Positions 48,520 to 57,509 of a stretch of DNA of 64,000 nt are shown here, piece after piece (within the stretch, counting starts at the first letter, position 1; the number at the start of each line of letters is the position of its first letter). A program made the position numbers and the translations under genes. This DNA is from Candidatus Uhrbacteria bacterium (GTDB lineage: Bacteria > Patescibacteriota > Patescibacteriia > GWA2-47-26). The stretch covers positions 140,336-204,335 of the forward strand of contig JACPJN010000007.1 in NCBI GenBank assembly GCA_016187515.1, written 5' to 3'. The notes beneath the pieces were generated by a model. The model searched no databases. It was not told where the DNA came from and worked only from the letters and a program-made list of their open reading frames with translations.

Positions 48520-50262
48520 TCACCAAGAGAAATGATGTGTCATCGTACAAGGGAGATTCGCCTTACAATAAACTTTCGTCGTCAGAGAAGGTATCATAAC
48601 ACCGTAGGCGGGGCATGTCCAATCCGAAATCGTCTCAGGTGCCCCAGTGGAATGCCGGCTATATATTCCTTCAATGCCTGGAGCAAAATGAAAAAAAGTT
48701 TCAACCGCATGAGCGCGCGCGCCATATAATTCGTCTTCTACCTCGAACGCAGGACGATTGCACTGAACTTTGAAGCGGCGTGTGTGCTTAATCATATCGC
48801 CTTGGATCCGAAGAAAACCAGTATGGCTGATTGAAAACACGAATTGATCGCCGATCTTTTGCCACTGCGCGAACACATTACGCTTCTGATAAAACGCCGG
48901 AAACTTCTGCGCACGGTCATAAAGAAATGGACCCAAACTATCTATAGTAAGTGATGTATGTGCCGAAGCTCCGCCGCTATAGATATACAAAGGGTCGCTT
49001 GCTTTATAGGTTGGCCTTCCTGGGTCAATAACTACCGGCACCCCGGAAGCAAAAAATACAAAAGAGCACACATCTGCATGACCATGCGATGCGCGGTGAA
49101 TCATGCATGCTTGCGGGATGTGCCAAAAAAGCGTATGAACACCATGGTTCAAACGAAACCAGCCGCTTTCCGGAAACGCTTGCCACCCTCCCCTAGCCCC
49201 TCCCACAAGTGGAGGGGGATTTCCATTTACTACCTCTCCCTTTATGGGAGAGGGTTGGGGTGAGGGTGATCCTATCAAAGGCATCAGATAGTGGATCAAC
49301 CACTCCGGCGTACAATCCGGCGATACATCCCCGATAAGCGGTATCTGCCAGTGTCCATCTGTATCCTCCACCAGAAAAAACCAACACCGCTCTGCAAGTT
49401 TTTTAACCCATGGCGCAAGACACATCTCCATTTCCTGATGCCCTGTTTCCTGCGCAAGTTCATACATCTCCAATATCCAGCGGGTAAAAAGTAAATGATA
49501 ATGGCTTGACTCTTCGCGCAAAAATCCATCCTCGGTTACAAGCCATGGCAATGCGTCTTTAACAATAGCAAATGCCAAATCTGATAACTCTTTTGCCTTA
49601 AGCATTTGTCCGGCAAAAAATAGCGCGCGTGCGTTATTAACCACATGATTGCCGGTTCCGCGCGTTCCGTGGTATTCCAAATGCCGTGCCACATGGTATG
49701 CCATCTCTAACAGTGCCGCACTAATATCTTTCGGGGTCTCCGATCTCTGTTGCGCAAAAAACAACAACGCATTTACCATTCGCTCCCCTGTGGTATACGT
49801 TGTCCCGGAAATCCCTTCCGGAACCGGCCTCATTGCCGAAAGCCAAGAACGCATCAACGTAACACCTTGCTCATTGTCCATCTCATCGTAGATTAGCCAA
49901 TGCCAGCGGTGGAGCGACATGGTCTGCTCCGGATCGTCAAATTGTGTGTGCCAGTTCGGTTCACCATCGTACTCGAGAAATCCGGTGGCGAGTTTAAGGC
50001 GACCGCACGCGATACCGTCATTCTGAGGAATCGGAGATGACGAAGAATCCCGTGGGTACGTGGACGGGATCCTTCGTTGTCGCTCAGGATGACGAATTAT
50101 AGAATTAAACGCCCTCCGCACCTCTTTCGGATAATTCCACACCGGCGGAGTATAACGATATTGCAATGAAAACAAACCACGACGCACGAAAAAAAGTAAA
50201 GTCCGCGCGCAAAAAATCGGATTCACACAACGCCATAGTAAATTGCGGACTTCATTGGTCAT
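48520..50262 (-). CDS. Heparinase II/III-family protein
   Basis: NHVVNN, EESSHYH, PESGWFRL, HGHAD, DPG..TY and AHTSLTID; two repeat inserts. Confidence 0.88.
   Translation of the reverse strand: MTNEVRNLLWRCVNPIFCARTLLFFVRRGLFSLQYRYTPPVWNYPKEVRRAFNSIIRHPERQRRIPSTYPRDSSSSPIPQNDGIACGRLKLATGFLEYDGEPNWHTQFDDPEQTMSLHRWHWLIYDEMDNEQGVTLMRSWLSAMRPVPEGISGTTYTTGERMVNALLFFAQQRSETPKDISAALLEMAYHVARHLEYHGTRGTGNHVVNNARALFFAGQMLKAKELSDLAFAIVKDALPWLVTEDGFLREESSHYHLLFTRWILEMYELAQETGHQEMEMCLAPWVKKLAERCWFFLVEDTDGHWQIPLIGDVSPDCTPEWLIHYLMPLIGSPSPQPSPIKGEVVNGNPPPLVGGARGGWQAFPESGWFRLNHGVHTLFWHIPQACMIHRASHGHADVCSFVFFASGVPVVIDPGRPTYKASDPLYIYSGGASAHTSLTIDSLGPFLYDRAQKFPAFYQKRNVFAQWQKIGDQFVFSISHTGFLRIQGDMIKHTRRFKVQCNRPAFEVEDELYGARAHAVETFFHFAPGIEGIYSRHSTGAPETISDWTCPAYGVMIPSLTTKVYCKANLPCTMTHHFSW
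49184..49268. repeat. Inverted pair of CCCTC/GAGGG hairpins, in frame in heparinase gene
   Basis: CACCCTCCCCTAGCCCCTCCC...CCTCTCCC-TTTAT-GGGAGAGG-GTTGGGGTGAGGGTG; encodes SPSPQPSPIKGEVVNGNPPPLVGGARGG. Confidence 0.85.
50016..50094. repeat. GTCAT...ATGAC REP-like element, in frame in heparinase gene
   Basis: CGTCATTCTGAG...CTCAGGATGACG; encodes RHPERQRRIPSTYPRDSSSSPIPQND. Confidence 0.8.
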
Positions 50263-50368
50263 ACAGCTTTTGTAACGGCATGCCGGTCTGCAAAGAAACG
50301 GTAAGTCGTTGATACACATCGGCAACCTGTGCATAATCAAACTCTCACAACGCATTCTTAAGTTCATT
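50252..50368 (-). pseudogene. 3' relic of a paralogue of the 57510-59204 gene
   Basis: NELKNAL*EFDYAQVADVYQRLTVSLQTGMPLQKL aligns without gaps to REEIQQCIRTYNEDDARDAYKKLTRSLQEGVSLQEI. Confidence 0.65.
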
Positions 50369-51376
50369 TCATTTTTTTATGCACGCGGTAACAATACGCC
50401 AAAGCCATGGGGGGGCGTCTGCTATGCGCACAATGCGAATGTGCCCGTCGCGTACGCGGATACCGGAGGAATCGGACTTGACCGCAGTGACGTATCTGCC
50501 GTGCAAATAGACGCCGCCAAACGCACGGATACGGCGCTCAATTTCCGCAACACTCAGCGCACGCGCATCATCTATAGTAGCAAACCGCTTCAATGCCTTG
50601 CATGAATAAGACGACGCCTCACCGTGCTGCGGCGTACCCGCACTCCTGCTCGTGATAAGGGTGAGGAGTTCCGGCACGCGCGTCGCTGCCAAAAGCACCT
50701 TTTTCCATTCATGCGCATACCATCCTTCTCTACGATCAACCGGTACTGCGTCCTGAATAAGCACATTGCCTGCATCAAGCCCCTCGGTCAGGATATGGAA
50801 GGTAAAACCGGTATGTGTTTGTTGATGGTAGAGTGAAAGCGATGTCGCGCCAATGCCGCGGTAACGCGGGAGCAGCGAGTTATGGTAATTAACACCATAC
50901 GCAAAACGCGCAAGCAGGGCAGCAGAAAGTATCTGGTGATTTGCGACAGAAAAAATAATGTTTGCGTGCGCGGTCAACAGAGCCAGCATGTCAGGCATAT
51001 CTATCCGCCCTCCCTTTTTGTTCAGCACCGGAATGCCGTGTTGTTCGGCAAGCTGCTTAAGCGGTGTATAGCTGCGAAACTGCTTATCAGGATTGAGGGA
51101 GCGTTTCACCCACTGCTCTACGCTCGCGCAACGGCTACGTAACCGCTGAACGCTCCGCATCGGGACCGACTCTACCACACAGCCAATGCTGATATCGGTG
51201 CGCTCTCGCGTCACCGCGATCAACGATTCCAAGAGCACGGAACTAATAAATGACTGCGCGGTTCCGATGACGGCAATGCGATCCGCAACACCATCATGTC
51301 CCGGTGCAACATTGTACTTATAAGCCATACGGCGAGACATAATTCTGCGAATGAAAGGGAAAAAGACACTACTCAT
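50369..51376 (-). CDS. Formyltransferase family protein
   Basis: VNYHNSLLPRYRG, TGFTFH and LDAGNV. Confidence 0.88.
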   Translation of the reverse strand: MSSVFFPFIRRIMSRRMAYKYNVAPGHDGVADRIAVIGTAQSFISSVLLESLIAVTRERTDISIGCVVESVPMRSVQRLRSRCASVEQWVKRSLNPDKQFRSYTPLKQLAEQHGIPVLNKKGGRIDMPDMLALLTAHANIIFSVANHQILSAALLARFAYGVNYHNSLLPRYRGIGATSLSLYHQQTHTGFTFHILTEGLDAGNVLIQDAVPVDRREGWYAHEWKKVLLAATRVPELLTLITSRSAGTPQHGEASSYSCKALKRFATIDDARALSVAEIERRIRAFGGVYLHGRYVTAVKSDSSGIRVRDGHIRIVRIADAPPWLWRIVTACIKK

Positions 51377-51415
51377 ATGATAAAAGCATATCAAAAATGG
51401 TATGTCTCCTTAATT

Positions 51416-51931
51416 TCAATCAAATCGTGTAATTGATAATGATCTATCATATTTTGACAACCCGATTTTTGCAAAACGCCGCAACGCAGACATAAGGCGC
51501 TCATTAAACATACCGTGCTGTACCAGCCAATCGCGCCGGCAGACTACAGCCGAAGTGGCAAACGGACAATTGCGAAAAAGCTGACGAGGTACAATCATGC
51601 CTTGATACCTCTTTGCAAGATTGAGTGGCTCTTCGCGCCCATCTAAAAATCGATGATATTGATCGTGGTAGAAAAAATTGGTCCGGGGGTACTGTGAATC
51701 AGAACACATCCTTTGGCTGCTCCGATAAACCTCGCGATAATTGCGCTCCAAATCTTTCTCGTTTGGCACAGGATATGCAAAACCGATGCACTCTTCCGGA
51801 CACCAGTATAGACCCATTGACTGCGAAAATATCCCTTGATCTTCATTAAAAGGAGACCAGTACTGATCTATAAATCGCGCGGGCCTTACACAAAAACGGC
51901 AAGCAATGGAGGGAATGGTTTGGGTGGGCAT
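51416..51931 (-). pseudogene. Chimeric deletion relic: Zn-ribbon methyltransferase N-terminus fused to an internal GT2 fragment
   Basis: CRFC..CPEEC..YPVP..L..NY followed by NFFYH..KRY..PRQLF..TSAVVCRRD, similar to the middle of GT2 44345-45139; lacks SAM and DxD motifs. Confidence 0.7.
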
Positions 51932-51997
51932 AACGTAACTATTGGCAAAAATTTCTAAAGATGGTAGTATCGTATAGAATACGATATTATTCTTTCT

Positions 51998-52921
51998 ATG
52001 TCCAGTCAGATTAACCTGGCACTTATTGGTAGGGGACACTGGGGAAAGGTATACGAAAGAACGATCACCGGCCTTACGCAAGTGACCGCCGGAGGTTATT
52101 CCGTCTCCCTCCTCCAACACATCTTTGGGAAAGATTACAAAGAGGCATTCACGCACCCCCAAATGCGTAACGTGGATGGAATCATTGTGGCCTCCTCAAC
52201 CTCCGCGCACTATGAAATTGCCGCCCACCTTTTCTCACGGGGTTTCCGCAATCTGCTTATTGAAAAACCGCTGACGAGAACGTATGAAGAAGCGCAGAAA
52301 CTGCAAGAGCTTGCGCAAAAGCATCCTGAGGCGATTCTAATGGTGGACCATACCTTGCTTTACGATCCGGCGGTACGCCTGATGAAAGAGCAGGCAACGC
52401 ACACCATAGGCACGATCAAACACGTCAATTATACGAGTCTAAAAACGCCCCTGATTGAGGGCAACACGATCATTCCGGACGCGGGCTCGCCCCCAATATA
52501 TCTTTTTTTGGATATTGCCGGAGCTTCTCCTTTAAGCATTGCCGCAAAGCCAAAAGAAAACGACAACGTGGAGATTACGGTTGAATTCAAGAATGGGATG
52601 CGTGCGGTTGCCAAAATCGGTAGTGTCTATTCCGAGCGAAAAAGAGAGATCGTGTTTTCCGGCGAGCATGGTACGCTTATGCTTACAGAATTTATGAACC
52701 CGCGGGAGATCATTTTTGCCGATCTGAATGGGAACCAAACACCCTTAGCGTTTCCGACCGACCGCACCGCGCTTGAGGGCGCACTCTTGGAGTTTGCTGA
52801 GTGCATCGCAGATAAAAAACAGCCGGCCACACCGTTTTCCGCCGGAGCTGAGGTGGTCAAAATGATTGAACTGGCGGAACAATCATTTAAAAAAGGGGGT
52901 GAACCCGTACTATGCATATGA
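51998..52921 (+). CDS. Gfo/Idh/MocA oxidoreductase (candidate NDP-hexose 3-ketoreductase)
   Basis: LIGRGHWG, LLIEKP and MVDHT..YDP. Confidence 0.85.
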   Translation: MSSQINLALIGRGHWGKVYERTITGLTQVTAGGYSVSLLQHIFGKDYKEAFTHPQMRNVDGIIVASSTSAHYEIAAHLFSRGFRNLLIEKPLTRTYEEAQKLQELAQKHPEAILMVDHTLLYDPAVRLMKEQATHTIGTIKHVNYTSLKTPLIEGNTIIPDAGSPPIYLFLDIAGASPLSIAAKPKENDNVEITVEFKNGMRAVAKIGSVYSERKREIVFSGEHGTLMLTEFMNPREIIFADLNGNQTPLAFPTDRTALEGALLEFAECIADKKQPATPFSAGAEVVKMIELAEQSFKKGGEPVLCI

Positions 52922-54063
52922 GAGTGCCATTCAACATTCCCTACCTAACCGGTAAAGAAGAAGAATATATCCTAGCGGCGTTAAAATCGCGCGCGCACTG
53001 CGGTAATAATGAATTTTCCAAACGCTGCATCGCGTTCATGAAAAAAAAATATGGTTTCAGCGAAGTGTTTTTAAATACCTCTTGTTCCACCGCTATGGAA
53101 ATGGGGGCAATGCTCGCCGGGGTAGGCCCGGGAGATGAAGTCATTCTACCTTCCTACACTTTTAGCTCTACCGCAAACGCTGTACTTCGACAAGGTGCGC
53201 GTCCGGTATTTTGCGAGATAGAACCGGACACCATGAATATTGATGTCGCTAAAATCAATGCTCTTATTACTAAAAAAACAAAGATGATTATCCCAGTTGA
53301 TTACGCAGGAATTCCCTGTGATATAGATCCTATCATGGAGATTGCGCACAGACATAATCTCATTGTGATGGTTGATGCGGCACAATCGTTTCACTCTTTT
53401 TATAAAGGAAAGCCCGCAGCAGCGATTCCCGATCTTGCGGCATTTAGTTTTCATGAAACAAAAAATGTTACCTGCGGCGAAGGGGGCGCGCTAGTGGTAA
53501 ATAAACCGGAATGGATTGAACGTGCACATTTCTTGCAGGAAAAAGGTACTGACCGCAAACTCGTACTTGACGGTGTAAAAAACAAATACCAATGGGTGGA
53601 TATTGGTTCAAGCTTTCTGCTTTCCGATATTCTCGCCGCGATGCTTTTGGCGCAAATTGAGGAAGTGGAAAATATGGTGCAGGAAAGAGCAAAGTTGACT
53701 TTTGCCTATTACACACTTCTTGAACCATATGAAAAAGCGGGTCGTATCACGATTCCACACCCACCTGCCCATACCGAGGTAAATCATCATGCGTTTTTTG
53801 TCATCTTTGACATCAAAGAAAACCGCCAACGATTCCTCGCACTCCTGCGCGAAAAAGAAATCTCGGCCTATATCGGCTATGTACCTTTACATTCCTCCAC
53901 CATGGGGCTACGTTTAGGTTACAAACCTGAAGACCTTCCTTTAACTGAGGATATCGGCTCGCGCATTGTACGCTTACCGTTCTACACAGATTTGCCGAAA
54001 AACGGCATGGATTACTGTATAACCGAGATGAAAAACGTACTTTCCACGCTTTATGAACATTGA
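52918..54063 (+). CDS. rffA: dTDP-4-amino-4,6-dideoxyhexose transaminase (WecE/RffA-like)
   Basis: PFNIPY, PSYTFSSTANA, DAAQ, FSFHETKN..GEGGAL and EKGTDR. Confidence 0.88.
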   Translation: MRVPFNIPYLTGKEEEYILAALKSRAHCGNNEFSKRCIAFMKKKYGFSEVFLNTSCSTAMEMGAMLAGVGPGDEVILPSYTFSSTANAVLRQGARPVFCEIEPDTMNIDVAKINALITKKTKMIIPVDYAGIPCDIDPIMEIAHRHNLIVMVDAAQSFHSFYKGKPAAAIPDLAAFSFHETKNVTCGEGGALVVNKPEWIERAHFLQEKGTDRKLVLDGVKNKYQWVDIGSSFLLSDILAAMLLAQIEEVENMVQERAKLTFAYYTLLEPYEKAGRITIPHPPAHTEVNHHAFFVIFDIKENRQRFLALLREKEISAYIGYVPLHSSTMGLRLGYKPEDLPLTEDIGSRIVRLPFYTDLPKNGMDYCITEMKNVLSTLYEH

Positions 54064-55582
54064 CGCGGATACCGCAAAAAACGCGATTGATCGCCTTTAT
54101 GATGAACTCCGACAGATTCTTCATTTTTCCGGCGAATCAAAAAATGTGGATTTTTATCTGTCAGCTCTGATCAAATACAATCCGTTTAACGGTACGGAGG
54201 AAATTGAGGGGTGGCTTCGTTCTCTAAACAGCCAGCAATATTTTTCCGTCCAGCAAATTCCACTGCGAGAATTACGCCAATGGAGTTTTCATCCGACTAC
54301 CGGCAACCTTGAACATGCCTCCGGCGGATTTTTCAGCATTCGCGGCTTGAAAGTTAGGACTAACATCGGGTCAGTCACGGAATGGTCCCAACCGATTATT
54401 TACCAGCCGGATATTGGAATTTTAGGGATAATTACAAAAAAATTTCATGGCATCTTATATTTTTTGATACAAGCTAAGGCGGAACCAGGCAACCTGAACA
54501 ACTATCAGCTTTCCCCGACCGTCCAGGCCACGCGCAGCAACTACACGCGCCTGCATGGTGGAAAATCGACTTTGTATCTTGAGCATTTTTTAGGCGACCA
54601 GCCAGCACACGTGCTGATTGATCAATTGCAATCCGAGCAAGGCGCCAGGTTTTTCTGCAAACGCAATCGGAATATGATCGTGCGTCTTCGTGATGATGAA
54701 AACATCGAGCTGGGACCATACCACCGTTGGGTAACCTTAGGGCAACTGCACACCCTTCTGCAAAAAAATAATGTTGTAAACATGGACACGCGTTCGGTTA
54801 TTTCGGAAATTAATTTTGCTCCAGAACGCGTATCCTCGCTTGAGCCGGTGCGTGCCTCTGCCCTGCGTGCCGCACTCGAGGCCTCACCGCTGGTTCAAAA
54901 ACCGATCTTTGATCTGGCCGTGTCGCTCATGATTTCTCTGCATCCAAACACTACGCCTCTCCATACTACGGAAGAGCTTCTGCAAAAAATAACCAGAGAA
55001 AAATGCAAAATCATTCTGGAGCGTCAGCTTATTCCTCTAAATGAAGTTACCCACTGGCCCCAAACAGCAAATGAAATTTTCCACGAAAAGAAAAAGTATT
55101 TCTCAATTATCGGCGTGCAGATTCAGGCGCATGATCGCGAAGTTACGTCCTGGGACCAGCCCATCGTTAAGCAGCATCACGCTGGAATTATTGGTTTTAT
55201 TGCCAAAGAGATAAACGGAGTTATTCACTTCCTGGTTCAACTAAAAATGGAAAGCGGGGTTATGGATCTTCTGGAGATGGCGCCGACTGTCCAATGCATT
55301 ACTGACAACTATACTCCGGACGACATGCCGCTCTACACTCAAAAATTCCTCAATCATGAAGGCTGCGCCATTATCGCTGATTCCTACCAGTCCGAGGAGG
55401 GGGGAAGATTTTTTCAAGAATCAAATCACAACATTGTCTTGCTCGCCGATCAAATCTTCTCCGAAGCCGAGCCGCCATTTTTTATGTGGATGAGTCTGAA
55501 ACAGCTCAAAGAATTTATCCAATTCAGCAACTTCATCAACGTGGAGGCGCGAAGCTTATTAGCGTGCCTAAAAATGATATGA
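54053..55582 (+). CDS. NDP-hexose 2,3-dehydratase
   Basis: Duplicated domain: WSQPII..QAKAEPGN..LSPTVQATRSNY..LQSEQG and WDQP..MAPTVQC..SEEGGRF..NVEARSL. Confidence 0.95.
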   Translation: MNIDADTAKNAIDRLYDELRQILHFSGESKNVDFYLSALIKYNPFNGTEEIEGWLRSLNSQQYFSVQQIPLRELRQWSFHPTTGNLEHASGGFFSIRGLKVRTNIGSVTEWSQPIIYQPDIGILGIITKKFHGILYFLIQAKAEPGNLNNYQLSPTVQATRSNYTRLHGGKSTLYLEHFLGDQPAHVLIDQLQSEQGARFFCKRNRNMIVRLRDDENIELGPYHRWVTLGQLHTLLQKNNVVNMDTRSVISEINFAPERVSSLEPVRASALRAALEASPLVQKPIFDLAVSLMISLHPNTTPLHTTEELLQKITREKCKIILERQLIPLNEVTHWPQTANEIFHEKKKYFSIIGVQIQAHDREVTSWDQPIVKQHHAGIIGFIAKEINGVIHFLVQLKMESGVMDLLEMAPTVQCITDNYTPDDMPLYTQKFLNHEGCAIIADSYQSEEGGRFFQESNHNIVLLADQIFSEAEPPFFMWMSLKQLKEFIQFSNFINVEARSLLACLKMI

Positions 55583-56904
55583 CTGCTCCCCGCAAAATAC
55601 GCCTCGGGCTTTTTATTTATACGCCGATGATTGGCGGCGCCGAACTTTATTTCAAAGACCTGCTTTGGAACCTTGACCGAGAGCAATTCACTGTGACTTT
55701 GTTTTGCGAACCATGGGACGAATTTGTCAGCTACTTAGACCTGCCCCATTGTCCGCCAGTTACCATTTGTACAATTAAAATGCGCGAAGTGGGCGGACAC
55801 TACGGCGCCAAGGAATTGACGGATGGGGCTGCGCCAAAGCAGTTGCGCTGGTCGGAAAAGAAATTATTGCGAGCCATCACCGCGCAAAAAAAACTTCGCT
55901 CCCCACTCTTGAAAATTCCGGGAAGAATTGTAAGGGCGTTCATGCATTATGGATTCATGGTTTCAAATACCGCGCGCTTATTTGCCGCATTCCGTAAAAA
56001 TCCGATTGACGTGCTGCATGTGATAAATGGAGGGTATCCGGGAGCGCAAAGCGCCCAGCTTGCCGCATTTGTGGCAAAACGCGCCGGATGCCAAAGAGCG
56101 CTCATGAGTGTCTGTAACACTCCGGTTCCCTACCATTTCCCAAAGACATACGAGCGACTACTCGACCGCTTGGTCCGGCGTTATTTTGACGCCGTTATTA
56201 TAGCTGGGGACTTTATAGGTAAACTTTTGATTGACCTCCGCGGATTTGATCGGACGCTCTTAAAAAAAATTCCGGAGGGAGTGGCTAGTCCGGAAGAATA
56301 CGGAGCCGCGCTTTACGGAGCGCCGACGCAGGGTCAGCGCTTAGAAAACCCAACCATAGCCATGGTAGCCGGTTTCCTTCCCCACAAGGGCCACCGCTTC
56401 TTACTGGAAGCCCTGGCGCTATTGCGCTCGGAATTCCCTAGCACCCGCGCAACGCTTATTGGCGACGGTCCAATACTCGGCGAAACGCGAGAGCTAGCTA
56501 ATCGCCTTGGTGTTTCAGATGCAGTCATTTTTGAGGGATTCCGTCCACTCAAAGAAATGCTGCAGATCGTGAATACCGCGGATATGTTGGTTCACCCCTC
56601 ACTTATGGAAGGAATGCCTTACGTCATTCTCCATGCTATGAGTTTAGGTAAACCGGTTATTGCAACACCTGTTGGTAGTATACCGGAAGTCGTCCTGCAT
56701 GAAAAAACCGGTTTTATTATTCCAGTAAATAACAGCGTCGCGCTCGCAAACGCCATACGCGGACTACTAACTAATGCGAATCGCGCCAAGGAAATGGGGA
56801 CTGCGGGGAAAAAAAGATACGATGAAAATTTTACTATTACAGTCATGGTACAGCGTCATACTGACCTTTATAAAACCCTCTACCAATCTAATCCTCGCCG
56901 CTAA
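55579..56904 (+). CDS. GT4 glycosyltransferase
   Basis: IGGAE, KGHRFL and PSLMEGMP..AMSLGKPV. Confidence 0.9.
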   Translation: MTAPRKIRLGLFIYTPMIGGAELYFKDLLWNLDREQFTVTLFCEPWDEFVSYLDLPHCPPVTICTIKMREVGGHYGAKELTDGAAPKQLRWSEKKLLRAITAQKKLRSPLLKIPGRIVRAFMHYGFMVSNTARLFAAFRKNPIDVLHVINGGYPGAQSAQLAAFVAKRAGCQRALMSVCNTPVPYHFPKTYERLLDRLVRRYFDAVIIAGDFIGKLLIDLRGFDRTLLKKIPEGVASPEEYGAALYGAPTQGQRLENPTIAMVAGFLPHKGHRFLLEALALLRSEFPSTRATLIGDGPILGETRELANRLGVSDAVIFEGFRPLKEMLQIVNTADMLVHPSLMEGMPYVILHAMSLGKPVIATPVGSIPEVVLHEKTGFIIPVNNSVALANAIRGLLTNANRAKEMGTAGKKRYDENFTITVMVQRHTDLYKTLYQSNPRR

Positions 56905-56918
56905 AATTGCGCCAAACC

Positions 56919-57485
56919 CTACCCGGCCTTAATTTCCCAAAACCCTGTTCCAAAGTATTCCGGCGGCAAACGGAACTCGTCACAGACCTTCGAATTGGAA
57001 TTGAACTGCTCGGTAACAAAATAAATCAAACTCATCGGGCGCTCATACGGATTCGCCACGCCATGCGCTACGCCATTGGGAATCCGCACCATCCGCGCGC
57101 GTCCGGCACCCAAAACAAAGCGCATCACTACTCCTTCGGTAGCTGAACCTGAACGAATATCCTTCAAGCCAACCAATAGCCGGTCATGTGAGGGGACGAA
57201 CCAAAAATCAACTTGCTTTTTATGAAGATGAGTTGCTTTTATCGCGCCGGGTAAGACTACAGAGTAATTAATCTGCCGCACTTCCAAACCGGAAGCACCC
57301 TGTAAATGCCCTGCATCAAGCCGACCCATTTCCAAAAATGACCCACCGTCGTCGGCAAACTCCTTCAAATCAATAACCTCGACTCCGCCAATTCGTTGAG
57401 TGGGTGTATAATCTTGTTTTGTTAATTGTGCTTCTATATCGCTATCAAACATATTTGAGATGGTTACGTTTTCATTATACTGCAT
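56919..57485 (-). CDS. dTDP-4-dehydrorhamnose 3,5-epimerase family
   Basis: DDGGSFLE, IKATHLH, DIRSGSAT and RIPNGVAHG. Confidence 0.88.
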   Translation of the reverse strand: MQYNENVTISNMFDSDIEAQLTKQDYTPTQRIGGVEVIDLKEFADDGGSFLEMGRLDAGHLQGASGLEVRQINYSVVLPGAIKATHLHKKQVDFWFVPSHDRLLVGLKDIRSGSATEGVVMRFVLGAGRARMVRIPNGVAHGVANPYERPMSLIYFVTEQFNSNSKVCDEFRLPPEYFGTGFWEIKAG

Positions 57486-57509
57486 TTGCTAATTTGCGTC
57501 CATCCTATG

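Noticed and set aside
22432-57485. Secreted antibiotic biosynthetic cluster (phosphonate plus deoxysugar genes)
   Set aside because: No PKS, NRPS, aglycone or GT1 genes; the context is wzx/wzy/wzz and GT2/GT4, so a surface glycan is more likely.
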